Source of the DNA: the human T2T-CHM13v2.0 reference genome, Homo sapiens
NCBI RefSeq assembly: GCF_009914755.1
Contig: NC_060928.1
Direction: 5' to 3' (one strand)
DNA length: 64,000 bases
Shown: piece by piece, positions 27,047 through 41,650 of the stretch
How positions within the stretch are numbered: position 1 is the stretch's first letter
Layout: every line of letters starts with the position of its first letter
Translations under genes and position numbers: made by a program
The notes under the pieces: generated by a model
Told to the model about the DNA's origin: nothing
The model's input: only the letters and a program-made list of their open reading frames with translations
The model's database searches: none

Positions 27047-27343
27047 TATTTATTTATTTATTTATTTTTATTTTTTGAGATGGAGTCTTGTTGTGTGGAG
27101 TGCAGTGGCACCATCTTGGCTCACTGCAACTCCACCTCCTGGGCTCAAGCCATCCTCCCACCTCAGCCTCCTGAGTAGCTGGGATTACAGCCACACACCA
27201 CCATGCCCAGCTAATTGTTGTATTTTTAGTAGAGACAAGGTTCCACCATATTGCCCCAGGCTGGTCTCAATCTCCTGGCTTCAAATGCCTGCCTCGGCTT
27301 CCCAAAGTGCTGGGATTATAGGCATGAGCGACACCGCCCAGCC
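27047..27343 (-). mobile_element. AluJ
   Basis: (TTTA)n tail; ctcctgggctcaagccatcctcccacctcagcc. Confidence 0.92.
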
Positions 27344-27361
27344 AAATTTCTTTTTTTTAAT

Positions 27362-27805
27362 AAAAAAAGACCACAATAATTATTCCCATGTCTGCTTGTC
27401 ATATGATTCTTCCACTTAGTCCATTAAAGATAAAATCTATATTCTTCCCTTGAATCTGGACTGGTCTTGTGACTTGCCTTGGCCAGAAACATGTGGAGGA
27501 AGTGATATTATGTGATGTTTGGGACCTAGGCCTCCAGGCACTTTGCAGCTTCCTCCTTTATCCTCTTAAAATGCTGCCCTGAGACCAATGACATATGAAG
27601 AAGCTCAGAATGAAGCCTTCAGTAGCTGGGCCAATTTGTCCTAGCAAAGATCAGCCCTAGCTGACCACCAGCTGAGTGACTGGGCCCAGGTAAGGCCAGC
27701 AGAAGAGCCATCCAAAAAACCCACAAACCTGTGAGAAAAGTGACTCACATTTTGTTTTAAGCCAGTATGTTTTGGTCAATTTGTTATATAATAAGCGATA
27801 AACAA
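27362..27805 (+). mobile_element. MLT1 (G/H-like) LTR
   Basis: cccttgaatctggactggtcttgtgacttgccttggccag ... tgttttaagccagtatgttttgg. Confidence 0.75.
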
Positions 27806-30800
27806 TGTTTAAAATTGCAAATGGAGAAAAAAGGTAAGAAAGAGAACTTCCCATTTATACTTGTAGTTTAATAACAACAATAAAGCCATTTGGGATTCAT
27901 CTAAAATACCAAGTTTTAAAGACTGTGCAGGTTTTAAAACCACCACAATCCTTAGCACATGGCCTCTCTGCTATCAGCTAAAGCAGCATGCTTGCCCTGG
28001 CCAGTTCTTTGTGGAAATCAATAAAGTAGAAGGCTTAGTTTGTAACAAGTCAGGGACCATGCTCATATCCCTGCAGGCTTCACAATACGCAGATTGAAGT
28101 GTTTTATTTTCTGCTTTTTGTTTTGACCTCCAAAGTTACTGTCATCTCAGTTACCCTCAAACGAGCAACATCTTTTCCTGCCTAGGCTCCACAGCCACTG
28201 TTATGTAGTAAAAGCTACAATTATGATGGACTAAGTATTGGACTAGAGGATTTACATAATCTTATCCAACTCTCAAAACACAGAGATATAAGTGACATTG
28301 GAGAAAATAAATTCCTTGCCCAGATTTTCCCAAATAGTAACTGTCAGGACCAGGACTGCAATTCAAGGACTATCTTACCCCCGGAACTTGTAGGAGTTCC
28401 TGTTTATTATTATTCTGTCTTAATGTTCAAATGAAGAAGGTTCTGATTTCTTCAAAGAGTCTTTAAGATCTGCAGATTTCATGTTTCCACACATGGACAA
28501 CAATGAACTAACAGAACTATCTTAACTATGTGGATCAACGGTGACACCAGTTACTGGGGGTAGGGATTAGGTGTTCTTAAACATTTCATAATAAATTGTC
28601 TATGCTTTTCAGATAATGTCAGAAAAATAATAATTGAGATAAATAATGAGGTAAGTAGGCCTTAGATGAGTGAAGCCTACTAGGTGATTTTTCACTTGAA
28701 TGACTCCTTGAATCACTCAGAACTCTTCTTTATCCTAAACTAGAAAATCCCCTCTTAGGTAGGATTAAATTCTGGAAGGTGGTTGTCAGCAGGTTTCAAA
28801 ATCAGACATGCTGCATATAAATCCATGAATCTGTAAGCTCCTTTCTATTTGGAGAAGCTTAATGACTATCATAAGTCATTTAAGAATCTGTGGTAACTCA
28901 TTAACAGTTTATATACACTGTGATAGAATATCTATTTATCTTTAAGACTACTGTGTCTTTTTCTGAAACAACAAGATCTATAATAGGCAACAGCAACTAA
29001 AATACCTCCAAGCTGGGAGCTAATTCCCTTTTATAAACAAAAATTTACAGTTTGAAAACAAAACGTTCCCAACTCCACAGAAAATTTATTGTAGAATTGT
29101 CACTATTCTAGTATAAAAAACAAAACAAAACAAACAAAAAAATGAAGACAGTCTTCCTGCATCAAGAAAAGTGAAGCAATTCTAGTTCAAGATGGCTAAC
29201 TAGAAACATTGCACACCTGTCCTCCCCAGAAAGAAAAACCAAAATTATGAATAATCATACCATGAATAGAACACCTAGGAGAGGACACTAGAGTCCAACA
29301 GAGAACTCATGGGGACCACTAGAGGCACAGAAGGAGAGGGAAGCATGCAGCCAGCTCAGTTGATATTGGCCAGGAGCCCCCAGGGGCTTGGTATTACAGG
29401 GAAAGGGTAAGTGAGAGAACTTCAGTGGTCCACATCCCCACTGCAGCCTGCTGCAATCCCAACCAAGCAGAGTTCTTTTACTCACATAAACCCCTGACAC
29501 TACTGTGGATGATGATTCAGAGACACCACAAGGGCATTATACCAGACAGGGAACTCACACTAGGTCATTCACTTCCTCACCTCTGAGACTTAAGCAGCTG
29601 CAACTGGGCACCATTTTGAGAAAATAGCCATCACAGGACAGAATCCAGCCTGGGAACATCCCCCATATATCCACATCCTGTAAGTCCCCATTGACATTTC
29701 CCATTCCCACCAAAGGACTACAGTGGCACAGCACTGGCTAGACCCAAGGATGCTGGAGAGCCCCCAGTACTCCAGCCCACAGGGAGTACTATTCCTCATG
29801 GAAATGACAGTGTAAATGCCCAAAATTGCAGCCCCTAGGGCAAAGGAAACCAAAGCACATGTTTCTAGAGCCCAGGAGCTCCCTTTGGGGCTGAGACAAG
29901 CAACCCCAACCTCAGCAGCAGCACAACTTTTGTGCTTGGCCTTGTAAGCAGAGAATGAGAGCCCCTCCCACTGTGAGCTGCCTCTGTGCTCAGACTCATG
30001 CACAGAGAGCAGAACCCCTTCTGCCCCTCCACACAGCACTGCAGGCCTACCACTACCGCTGCTGCTAGAGGCTGAGGTAGGTGAATCAGAGGGCTGCCTG
30101 TTTGGGGCTGGGAGTGCCAAGTGCACCCTTGCTGGTTGCATGGCCTCCATGCTCAGGCTTGCATGTGAAAGGTGGGATCCATCCCCTACTTTGTATAGTG
30201 TTGTGATATTGCTGCCACAGAGAGTGAGAGAGCCTGATAATTGTGTGTCTGGGGCTGTCAGTAGTGACGCCATACCACAGCCACTACCAATACCAGTAAG
30301 TATGTCTTGGGACCCAGTTGATCATCTTGCCACAGCTACTTCCATCACCTACACCACAATGGTTCCCAGGTTCCTGAGTACCCTCTTAGCCACCCAACCC
30401 ACTGCTGCCACTACTGAAATCCAGGTAAGCTCAGCATCAGTCTGACTGTCTGCTAACACCAGTGCCAACATAAGCCATCCAATATTAGCCCACTGCTGCC
30501 ACCAATTGGGGCCCAAAGACTGTCCTAGTTGGCATCTTTGTCTTCAGCAAAGATTCACCATAGCCTTCATTAATAACTGTACCCTAAACTACTGAGGAAA
30601 TCACAGATACTACTGATGCTATTTACAGCCACAAAAAATCATACAGAGAATATGCTATGGCACACAGCCAAAATCAAAGCCAAAGAACCCTACCCAAACA
30701 ACACAATTTTTAGAACTTCAGGAAAAAGTCTTCCTCTATATAAGTAAAGTCGAAAATCTAGAAGAAGCCACTGTTACACCAGAAGCACAGACAGCAACAT

Positions 30801-32886
30801 AAAGACACAGGAAGCATTAAAAAGCAAGAAAATAATAACACCTCCAAAGGAATATAAGAATTTCTTAGCAACAGATCCTAATAAAAGAAAAATTGCAAAA
30901 TCTCAGAAAAAGAATTCAAACTTATCATACAAAAAAATCTCAGTAAGATAAAAAATTGTGAAAAATAATACAAAGAAATCAGAAAAAAACAATTTATACT
31001 ACGAGTGAGAAATTTACCAGAGATATATATCTTAAAAAGAACCAAATAGAATTCTGGAGCTGAAGAATTCCTTTAATGAAATACAAGGTACACTCAATGA
31101 TAGACTAGACCAAGCAGAAGAAAGAATTTCAAAACCTAAAGACATGTTTTTTTGAAGTAACCCAGTCAAATAAAAATAAAAAAGAATAAAAAGAATGAAC
31201 AAAGTCCTCATGATATATGAGAAACTATTAAGTGACAAAATATATGAATTATTGATATCCCCCAAAGCAAAGAGAGAAGGGTTCAAAAAACTATTCAACA
31301 ACATAATAGAAGATAATTTCTCAAATCTAGGAAGAGATCTAGACACCCAGATTCAGGAGGCCCAGCAATCCTCAATCAGACACAATGCCACAAATCTTCT
31401 CCACGGTACATTATAGTCAAACTGTCTAAAATCAATGATAGGCACTTTTTCTTCAAGTTGCCCACTTGGATCTCTTTCTCAGCATAAACCTTACAGGACA
31501 GGAGAGAATGGGAGGATATATTCAAAAGGCTGATAAAAACTCTAATACCCAAGGGTACTATATCAAGCAAAATTATCCTTCACACATAAAAAGAAATACT
31601 CTTTCACAGATGAGCAAATGCTGAGGTAATTCAATACCACTAGACCTGACTTACAAGAAATGCTCAGGAGAATCCTAAACTTGGAAGTTAAAGGATAATA
31701 GTCATCATCATGAAAACACATGAAAATATAAAACTCACTGTTAAGTACATACAAATAAGTAATAAAAAAGACTCAAATGATAGTTACTACCACAGAAAAA
31801 GCATATCACAAGGACGATCAAGAGAAAAAGAAAAAAGACTATACTAAGCCACCAGAAAACAATTAATAATACAACAGGAACAAAACCTCACATATCAATA
31901 ACAACTCTTGAATATAAATTGATTAAACTTTCAACTGAAAAGATATAGACAAACTGATTAGATTAAGAATGATCCAACTAGATGCTGCCTACAAGAAACA
32001 TATTTTACCAATAGAGGCACATATAAAGTAAAAGGTTGGAGAAGTATACTGCCACACAAACTGAAACCAAAAACAGGCAAGACTAGCTATATTTAAATCA
32101 GATAAAGCAGACTTTTAAGGACTAACAGCAGGAAAAAAAGGCAAAAAAGGGCATTATATAATAATAAAGAGATCAATCTACCAAGACAATACAAAAATTC
32201 TAAATATATATATAGGCACTGAAAACTGGGACACCCAGATTCATAAAACAAATCTTACCAGATCTAGAGAGAGAGAGACTTTTATACAATCATAATGGGT
32301 GAATTTCCACATCATACTTTCAGCATTAGACAGATTATCAGAAGAGAAAATAAACAAAGAAACATTGCACTTAAGCAAGAAAAACCGGACTTTAGATCAA
32401 ATAAGACTAACAAACATTTACAGAACATTTCATCCAACAACTGAAGAATACACATTCTTATAAGCACATGGAACATTCTCCAGGATAGACTATATGTTAG
32501 GCCACAAAACAAGTTTCAACAAATTTTCAAAAAATTAAAATCATATCAAGTAATTTTCATAACAGTATGGTATAAAATTAAAATCAATACCAAGAGCAGT
32601 TTTGGAAACTATGCAAAAACATGGCAATTAAACAACATGCTCCTGAACAACTATTGGGGCAATAAAGAAATTAAGATGAAAATCAAAAAAATTATTAAAT
32701 AAAAATGGAAACATGACATACCAATACCTACGGGACACAGCAAAAGCAGAGACAAGTTTATAGCAATAAACTCCTATGTCAAAAAAAAAAAAAAAAGACC
32801 AGAAAGATTTCAAATATACAACCTAATGATGCACCTCAAGGAATTAGAAAAACAAAAACAAAACAAATTCCAAATTAGCAAAAGAT

Positions 32887-33226
<340 letters not shown>

Positions 33227-33262
33227 CTAAATAAAACAGAGATTTAAAAAATACTAAGGATC

Positions 33263-34600
33263 TACTTCTAGAGCACCTCATTGTCTCAACCCAAAAGCTT
33301 CTTAAGCTGATAAGCAAATTCAGCAAAGTCTCAGGATAAAAAAATCAATGTGCAGAAATCGCTAGCATTCCTATACATCAATAACAGGCAAGCAGAGAGC
33401 CAAATCATGAATGAACTCTCATTCACAATTGCTACTAAAATGATAAAATACCTAGGGATACAGCTAACATGGGAAGTGAAGGATCCCTTCAAGCAGAAAA
33501 ACAAACCACTACTCAAAGAAATCAGAGAGGACACAAATAGAAAAACATTCCATGCTCATGGATAGAAAGAATCAATATTGTAAAAATGGCAATACTTTCC
33601 AAAATAATTTATGGATTCAATGCTATTCCCACGAAACTACCATTGACATTCTTCCGAGAATTAGAAAAAACTATTTTAAAATTTATTCTACATGGAATTT
33701 AAACAAATTTACAAGAAAAACAAACAACCCCATTAAAAAGCAGGCCAGAGGACATGAACAGACACTTTTCAAAAGAAGACATAGATGCAGCCAACAAACA
33801 TATGAAAAAAAGCTCAACATCACTGATCATTAGAAAAATGTGAATCAAAACCACAATGAGATATCATCTCACACCAGTCAGAATGGCTATGATTAAAAAG
33901 TCAAAAAATAATAGATGCTGGTGACATTGCAAATAAGGAACACTTTTGCACGTTGGTGGGAGTGTAAATTAGTTCAACCATTGTGGAAGAGAGTGTGGTG
34001 ACTCCTCAAAGACCTAGAGGCAGAAAGATCATTTGACCCAGCAATCCCATTACTGGGTATATACCCAAAGGAATATAGATCATTCTATTATAAAGATATA
34101 TGCATGAATATGTTCCTTGCAGTGCTATTTACAATAGCAAAGACATGAATCGACCTAAAAGCCCATCAATGATAGACTGGACAAAGAAAATGATAGACTG
34201 GATAAAGAAAATGTTAAATATACACCATGGAATACTACACAGCCATAAAAAGGAACAAGATCATGTCCTTTGCAGGGACATGGATGGAGCTGGAAGCCAT
34301 TATCCTCAGCAAACCTATGCAGAAAAGGAAAAACAAATACTGCATGTTCTCACTTATAAGTGGGAGCTGAATGATGAGAACACATGGACACATTGGGGGA
34401 ACAACACACATTGGGGCCTGTCAGAGAGGGGTGTGGGGGGAGGGAGAACATCAGGAAAAATAGCTAAAGGATTCTGGGCTTAATACCTAGGTGATGGGAT
34501 GGTCCATGTAGCAAACCACCATGGCACACATTTACCTATGTAAGAAACCTGCACATCTGCACATATACCCCAAACTTAAAATAAAAGTTGAAAAAAAGAA
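33263..34600 (+). mobile_element. 5'-truncated L1PA (about L1PA11-13) nested in the older L1, with an internal deletion
   Basis: Perfect 17-bp TSD aaaaaatactaaggatc at 33246-33262 and 34601-34617; 3'UTR ctgggcttaatacctaggtgatggg. Confidence 0.9.
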
Positions 34601-35100
34601 AAAAAATACTAAGGATCAACAAAACTAAAAGCTGATTCTTTGAAAAGATAAACAAAATTTATAAAATGCTAACTCATTTAAGAAGAGATAAGAGACAAAA
34701 AAAATCAGAAATTAAAAAAGGTGATATTACAACTGATACCACAGAAATGAAAAAAAGATCATCAGAGACTATTATGAACAACTATATGAGAACAAACTGG
34801 AAAACCTAGAAGAAATGGACAAATTCCAGGAAACATAAAACTTACCAAAATAAAATCAGAAAGAAACAGAAATCCTAAGCAGACCAATAATGAGTAGCAA
34901 GACTGAAATCAGTAACAAAAAAGTCTCCAAAGAAAGAGAAGCCCAAGAACAGATGGATTCAGTGTAATATTCTACAAAATATATAAAGAAGAACTGATAC
35001 CAGTTCTCCTCAAACTATTCCAAAAAAATTGAAAGAGAGGGAATTCTCCCTAGCTCATTTTATAAGAACAGAATTATCCTAATACCAAAACCAGACAAGA

Positions 35101-35127
35101 ACACACACACACACACACACACACACA
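35101..35127. repeat. (CA)n microsatellite
   Basis: Directly visible, about 13 units. Confidence 0.95.
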
Positions 35128-38100
35128 AAGTACAGGCCAATACCCCTGCTGAACATAGGTGCAAAAAATCCTCAATGAAGTACTAGTAAACTGAATTCAA
35201 CAGCATGTCTAGAAGATAATACAACATGATCAAGTTGAATTTATCCCAGAAATGCAAGGATGGTTCAATACACGCAAATCAATAAATGTGATATATAACA
35301 TCAACAGAATAAAGGGCAAAAATCTTATGATCATATCAATAGATGCAGAAAAGGCATTTGACAAAATTCAACACCTGTTCATGATAAAAACTTCTCAACA
35401 AACTAGGTATAGATGAACCATAGTTTCAAATAATAAAAGCCATATATTACAAACCCATAGCTAACATCATGCTGAATGGAAAAAGTTGAAAGCTTTTCCT
35501 CTAAGAACTGGAACAAGACAAGGATGCCCAAATTTACTACTCCTATTTATCATAATACTGTAAGTTCTAGCAGAGCAATCAGGCAAGGAAAAGAAATAAA
35601 AAGCATCCAAATTGGAAAAGAGGAAGTTAAATTTGTCTCTTTCCAGATGACATGATCTTATATTTAGAAAAACCAAAAGACTCCAACAGAAAACTCCTAG
35701 AACTGCAAATAAATTCTGTAAAGTTGCAGGATGTAAAATCAATGTGCAAAAATCAGTAATGTTTCTATACACCAATACTGAAATTGTCAAAAAAGAAATC
35801 AAGAAAATAATCCCATATATAATAGCTACAAAAAAATACTTGAAAATAAATTTAACCAAAGAGGTGAAATGTCTCTACAAGGAGAACTACAAAACACTGA
35901 TGAAAGAAATTGAAGCGAACGTAAACAAATAGAAAGACATCCCATGCTCATGAATTGGAAGGATTAACATTGTTGAAATGGCCATACTTCCCAAGCCATC
36001 TACAAATTCAATGCAATCTCTATCAAAACACCAATGTCATTTTTCACAGAATTAGAAAAAACAATCCTAAACTTCATATAGAACCAAAATAGAGCCTGAA
36101 TAGCCAAACAAATCCTAAGCAAAAAGAACAAAGCTGGAGGCATCACACTACCTAATTTCAAAACCTATTAGAAGCCTGCAGTAACCAAAACAGCACACTA
36201 TTGGTATAAAAACAGACACATAGACAAATGGAACAGAACAGAGGAGCCAGAAATAAATCCACATATTTATAGCCAACTGATCTTTGGCAAAGTCACCAGG
36301 AACATGTATTTGGAGTCAACCTACCAAGACTGACTCCAAATAAACAAAAATTGTGACCTGACCTATTATCAATAAACGGTGCTGGGAAAACTGAATAACC
36401 ATATGCAGAAAACTGAAACTAAATCACTATCTCTCACCATATACAAAAGTCAACTCAAGATGGATTAAAGACTTAAATAGAAGACATGTAACTGTAAAAC
36501 TAGAAGAAACTGTAAAACTAGTAGAAGAAAACACAAGGAAAACTCTTCAGGACATTGGCTAGGTAAAGGTTTTATGGCTAAGACCTAAAACACACAGGCA
36601 ATAAAAACAGAAATAGACAAATGGGACTATATTAAACTAAAAAGCTTCTACACAGCAAAAGAAACAATTGACACGTTGAAGAGACAACCTCTTGAATGAG
36701 AGAAAATATTTGCAAATTACTTATCCAACAGGGGACTGCTCTTCAAAATATATAAAGAACTCAAACATCTCAATAGTACAAAAACAAGTAATCCTACTAA
36801 AAAGTTAGCATCGGTCATGAATGCACATTTTTCAAAAAAAAAGGGGGCATATGAATTGTCAAAGATATATGAGAAAATGTTCAACATCATTAATCATCTG
36901 GGAAACACAAATCAAAATTACAGTGAGACATCATCTCACTCCAGTTAGACAAGACAGGTGATAATGCAGAGGAAAGAAAACTTATATACTGCTGGTGGGA
37001 ATCTAAATTAGTACAACCACTATGGAAAACAGTATGCAGATTTCTCAAAAAAACAAAAAAATAGAACTACTGCACCACCCAGCAATCCCACTATTATCTA
37101 TCCAAATATCTGTCAATATATCAAAGAACTGCCTGTACTTACATGTTTATTGCAGTACTATTCAGAATAGCAAAGATACTGAATCAATCTAAGTGCCCAT
37201 CAGTGGACAAATGGATAAAGAAAATGTGGTATACATATGCAATAGAATACTATTGGGCAATTAAAAGAGGATGAAATCATGTCATTTGCAGCAACATGGA
37301 TGGAACTGGAAGTCATTAAGTTAAGTGAAATAAGCCAGGCACAGAAAGACAAACAGTGTGTATTCTCATTCCTTTGTGGGCACTAAAAAACTTTAATCTC
37401 ATAGACATGGAGAATAGAACTAGAATGATAGATATCAGAGACTGGGAAGGGTGGGGAAGGGATATATGAAGGGAGGTCAGTTATGAGTACAAACATACAG
37501 TTAGATAGAAGAAATAAGTTCAAATGTTTGACAGCAGATCAAGGTACTAGCAACAATATTACATATATTTCAAAGCAACTAGAAGAGAGGACTTGAAACG
37601 ATACCAACATAAAAAAATAATAAGCAACTCAAGGTTTATCACTCATGATAAACCCCAATTACCCTGACTTGATCATTACACATTCTTTGCATATAAAAAC
37701 ACTCACATGTACCCTATACATGTGTAAATTTTTATATATCAATAAAAGGGTAAAAAAAGAAGCATTAAACAATTTTAAAATATCAGATTAAAACACAGCT
37801 GTTCAAATACATATTTTCAAATATTTTGGATCCTTAAGAATGTTTGCCTAAAGGAATTTTTCAGTCTTTTCATATGCAACACTCTGGCCTTGAAAGTGCT
37901 AAAATTCCATGAGGAAGCTGCTGGCAATGTTTCTGTTTCATTAGAGAAAAATACTAAAATCAATTTTCTCCGGACTCAGATCAAGTAAGAATCACTGCAA
38001 ATGACAATTTCAATTATCTGTGGTGCATATATGTCTTTTAAGCATTTGAAAATCAAAGGCAAATTTTTTAAAACACAAAGAAAGGTAACAAATTGTTTAA

Positions 38101-41094
38101 ATTTTACTTTTGCTTTTTTACTTATTAAACAATAATGCATAATCATTATAGAATAATTAGAAACCTAAATATACAAATAAATAAATCTAAACTATAAATA
38201 AATCTATATAACATTATGTCAATATGAATATTAACTTATATTTGGTAATACTGTTTTCTATTTTACATATATGGTATTATAATGAAAATATAATACTATA
38301 TCCAAATTTGTTTGCTCAACATTTTTTGCATAAATATATCCTCATATCTTTCAACAAAAAATAGAAAGACAAACTTTAATGCTGTGTAAAATCTATCATG
38401 TAGATATTCAATAATTAAATTAATCATTCCCTTTTTGTTGAATGTTGTGGTACTATATGGAAAGCAGATAAGATTTTATTTACATATAAAAGTAGTCAAA
38501 TATATGCAAATGTTTAAATGAATTACTCTATTAAAGGCTATAGCAGTAGCTTTTTCATTACTATACACTCTGAACATCCTCTAGTTAGGTAAGTTAATAA
38601 GAGGCATCTAGAAATTGCCACCTATTTATATGTATATGTAGCTTTACATGTTGCTTAAGTGCTCTAGTCCTGGCTGACATAAAGCTTGATACCATCGTTA
38701 TTAGTCTGCATCCAAACCTCTTGGTCTCTAGAGAATATATATTGGATTTGGATGCTGGTCTGTCCAGCTGATCCAAAATAAAAATATAACACTATTTTTT
38801 CCAGATGTCTATGTACAAAACAAGTTTAAAATTAATAATATATTAATGCTCTGTGTACAGATTTATAGTACTTTCAATTTTATTTTGCACATTCACATTA
38901 GCCTTGTTTTACAGGGCAATTATAGAGAAGATATACAAATTAAGACAGACAATATACTTTTTTAAAAAAGAAGAACACTTATAGCTTCCAGGATCAAGAG
39001 AGTTGAAGTCATAAAGCCTGCTAGGGATGAAGAAAAGACAAGACCTTTCCACTATTGCCCTTAATTCCTCAATAAATCAGTTTCTCAACATGAATGGTTA
39101 TATTCCTGTTCTATGGGGCAAATGGCAATAGCTTCCTCTATGGACAAAGACACCATGAAACCTTCCCAGGACATCTGCATCCAACCTTGTTCTATGCTTC
39201 GCAGGCACTCTGCCACCCCAAAGATTTTCCATTATCTGACATATTTACTGCTATATTTTCAGAGCACAAGCATTAAAGAAGTTGTTTGGTTTTTTGTTTT
39301 AAATAAATGAATGAATCATCAAGGGCCTATTGTCTTCTAATTATAAACAGTAGAGTGACTGCTGCACCTGCCATTAGTTAATGATTTCCTAAAAATGAAG
39401 GCAGAGGTTTCCTTTTGGAGTTTTCTGGCAGAATTACCAGGACTTCTTTCCTTTATTGACTCTTTTGCATAGGACAAAAGTCAATAATAAAGGCAATTAC
39501 TCTCTCACCTTCATGAAAATACCACACCTTTGGCATTATAGTGAGTTGGAAGAAAATGTATTAAAAACAAACATGATAATGTCAATGGCCTAAAAAATAT
39601 CTTTTCTTGACACCAACATTCTGGAATATGCAGGATTTATGAGTTTTCTATAGCTTCTAACTACATTTTTCTTTCTTAATACCCTATAATCTTCCACCCA
39701 TTGCACTTGAAATCCATCTCTGTCATATTCTCTACTGTATTGCCAATGCCTAGAATGCCTAGAACAATACTTGGAAGATAGTAGGTGCTCATTAAATATT
39801 TGTGGACTTCCTAGGTTACAGAAGTACCCTTTGGTCTCCACTTGCTCTCCCTCTGACCTACTCTGTACAACACCCTCCAAGACTTATCATCTGGAAAGAC
39901 CAGTTTCGTTGAGTCCCTCTCCAACCAAAATCTCAACAGAGTCTGCTGCCTTTGACAACTGCATGCACAGCCATTAACTGTTACTTTCAAGATCCTCTCT
40001 GTCTTCACTGTATCTCACCTTTCTAGCCAGTGCTGCTATACTAACTTCAAACACACACTTTCTGTTCCCATCATGCTTCCTCAGTGTCTGTTCCCCAATC
40101 TCCACTCTTGTCATATTATGTGTATATTTGAATCTTCAGGACTGCTCATCCTCGATTTAGAGGAGCCTCCCTTCCTTTTTCCCATCTCAAACTCTTATTA
40201 TGCTTCAAAGGAAGTTCAGTCTCGCTACATGAAGTGCCTTTTTCTTCTTACTCTATAATGATATTTCCTTTCTTTGAATCCATATTTCCTAATAATTTTG
40301 TTCTCTTATTGTTTTCTGAGGTTTCTCTCTTCAGTTAGATTCCCTGCTTACAGCTCCGAATAATTTTCCAGTAATGGAAAATACTATTAAATATAAATAT
40401 TTATTTATATTTAAACATAAATACTTATTTATGTTTATTGTAATTAACACTAAGACCAAAAGGCTGCATATGGAAGGATCAGAGCATGCTGAGGTTGCCT
40501 ACTAATTGCTGAGAGGCTCATTTAATTCATCAGCCAAAATCAATTTGAATGTTTCAGCTCAAAAAGAACAGAGGTTTTAAGTATGTGATTCTGTGCACAT
40601 AAGTAAATGTGAGTTTTTATCCTAAAAGAAAAAAAAAAGTTATCTCTCCTGTTTCTCTGGGATACTTCCCTTTCCCCTTTTCTCAAAAGATTACCATGTT
40701 AGCCTCACATTGGTGGATATCATATCAATTCAAAGTCTTTAAAACTTTACTGATAGGTCCCTGAAATGAATACTTCTAATATTGTCTCCAAAAGGCTTTA
40801 TCACTGATAAAAATTATGATTCAAAATGTTTCTCCAAAAAAAGCTTATCTAAGATACCATCTATAAATATCCATGATGCTGACTTCCTAAAAACCACTTA
40901 TCTGCTTAGTTGCACTTATTATTCTAATTTCACACATACTCATTTTCTCTTGAATAGGAAAACTGTTTCTTGAAGAGTCAACTGTTTTCTCAGCCCTTTT
41001 GATACTGCTAGTTTGCTTGCTCACTGTTCATAACACTCCCAGGCACCAGCTGAAACAGAATGTAATTATAATTTCCTAAGAAGTAGTGAATAGA

Positions 41095-41650
41095 ATAGCC
41101 TTCTAACATAGCACTTTCTAGATGATGGATATGTATAATTTGCACTGGTGGATATGGTAGCCACTACCCATATCTGGCTACTGAGCACTTGAAATTTAGC
41201 TAATGGGATTGAGGATATAGATTTTTTTATGTTAGTCAATTGATATGGCTTGGCTGTGTCCCCACCCAAATCTCACCTTGAATTGCAACAGTCCCCATGT
41301 GTCAAGGGTGGGGCCAGGTGGAGATAATTGAATCAGGGGGGCAGTTTCCTCCATACTGTTCTCATGGTAGTAAATAAGTCTCACGAGATCTAATGGTTTT
41401 ATTAATGGGAGTTCTGCACAAGCCCTCTTGCCTGCCACCATGTAAGACGTGCCTTTGCTTATCCTTTGCCTTCCACAATGATTGTGAGGCCTCCCAGCCA
41501 TGTAGAACTGTGAATCCATTAAACCTCTTTCCTTTATAAATTACTCAGTCTTGGCTATGTCTTTATTAGCAGTGTGAGAACAGAATAATATATTAATTTA
41601 ACCTCAAATAGCCATCTGAGGGTAGTGACTACTGCATTAGATGGTGTAAT
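41095..41650. mobile_element. MER3-like hAT-Charlie MITE split by a THE1 LTR
   Basis: atatggtagccactacccatatctggctactgagcacttgaaat ... aatagccatctgagggtagtgactactgcattaga. Confidence 0.75.
41241..41592 (+). mobile_element. THE1 (THE1C-like) solo LTR
   Basis: tgatatggcttggctgtgtccccacccaaatctc ... attaaacctctttcctttataaattac; flanks tcaat/ttaat. Confidence 0.92.
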
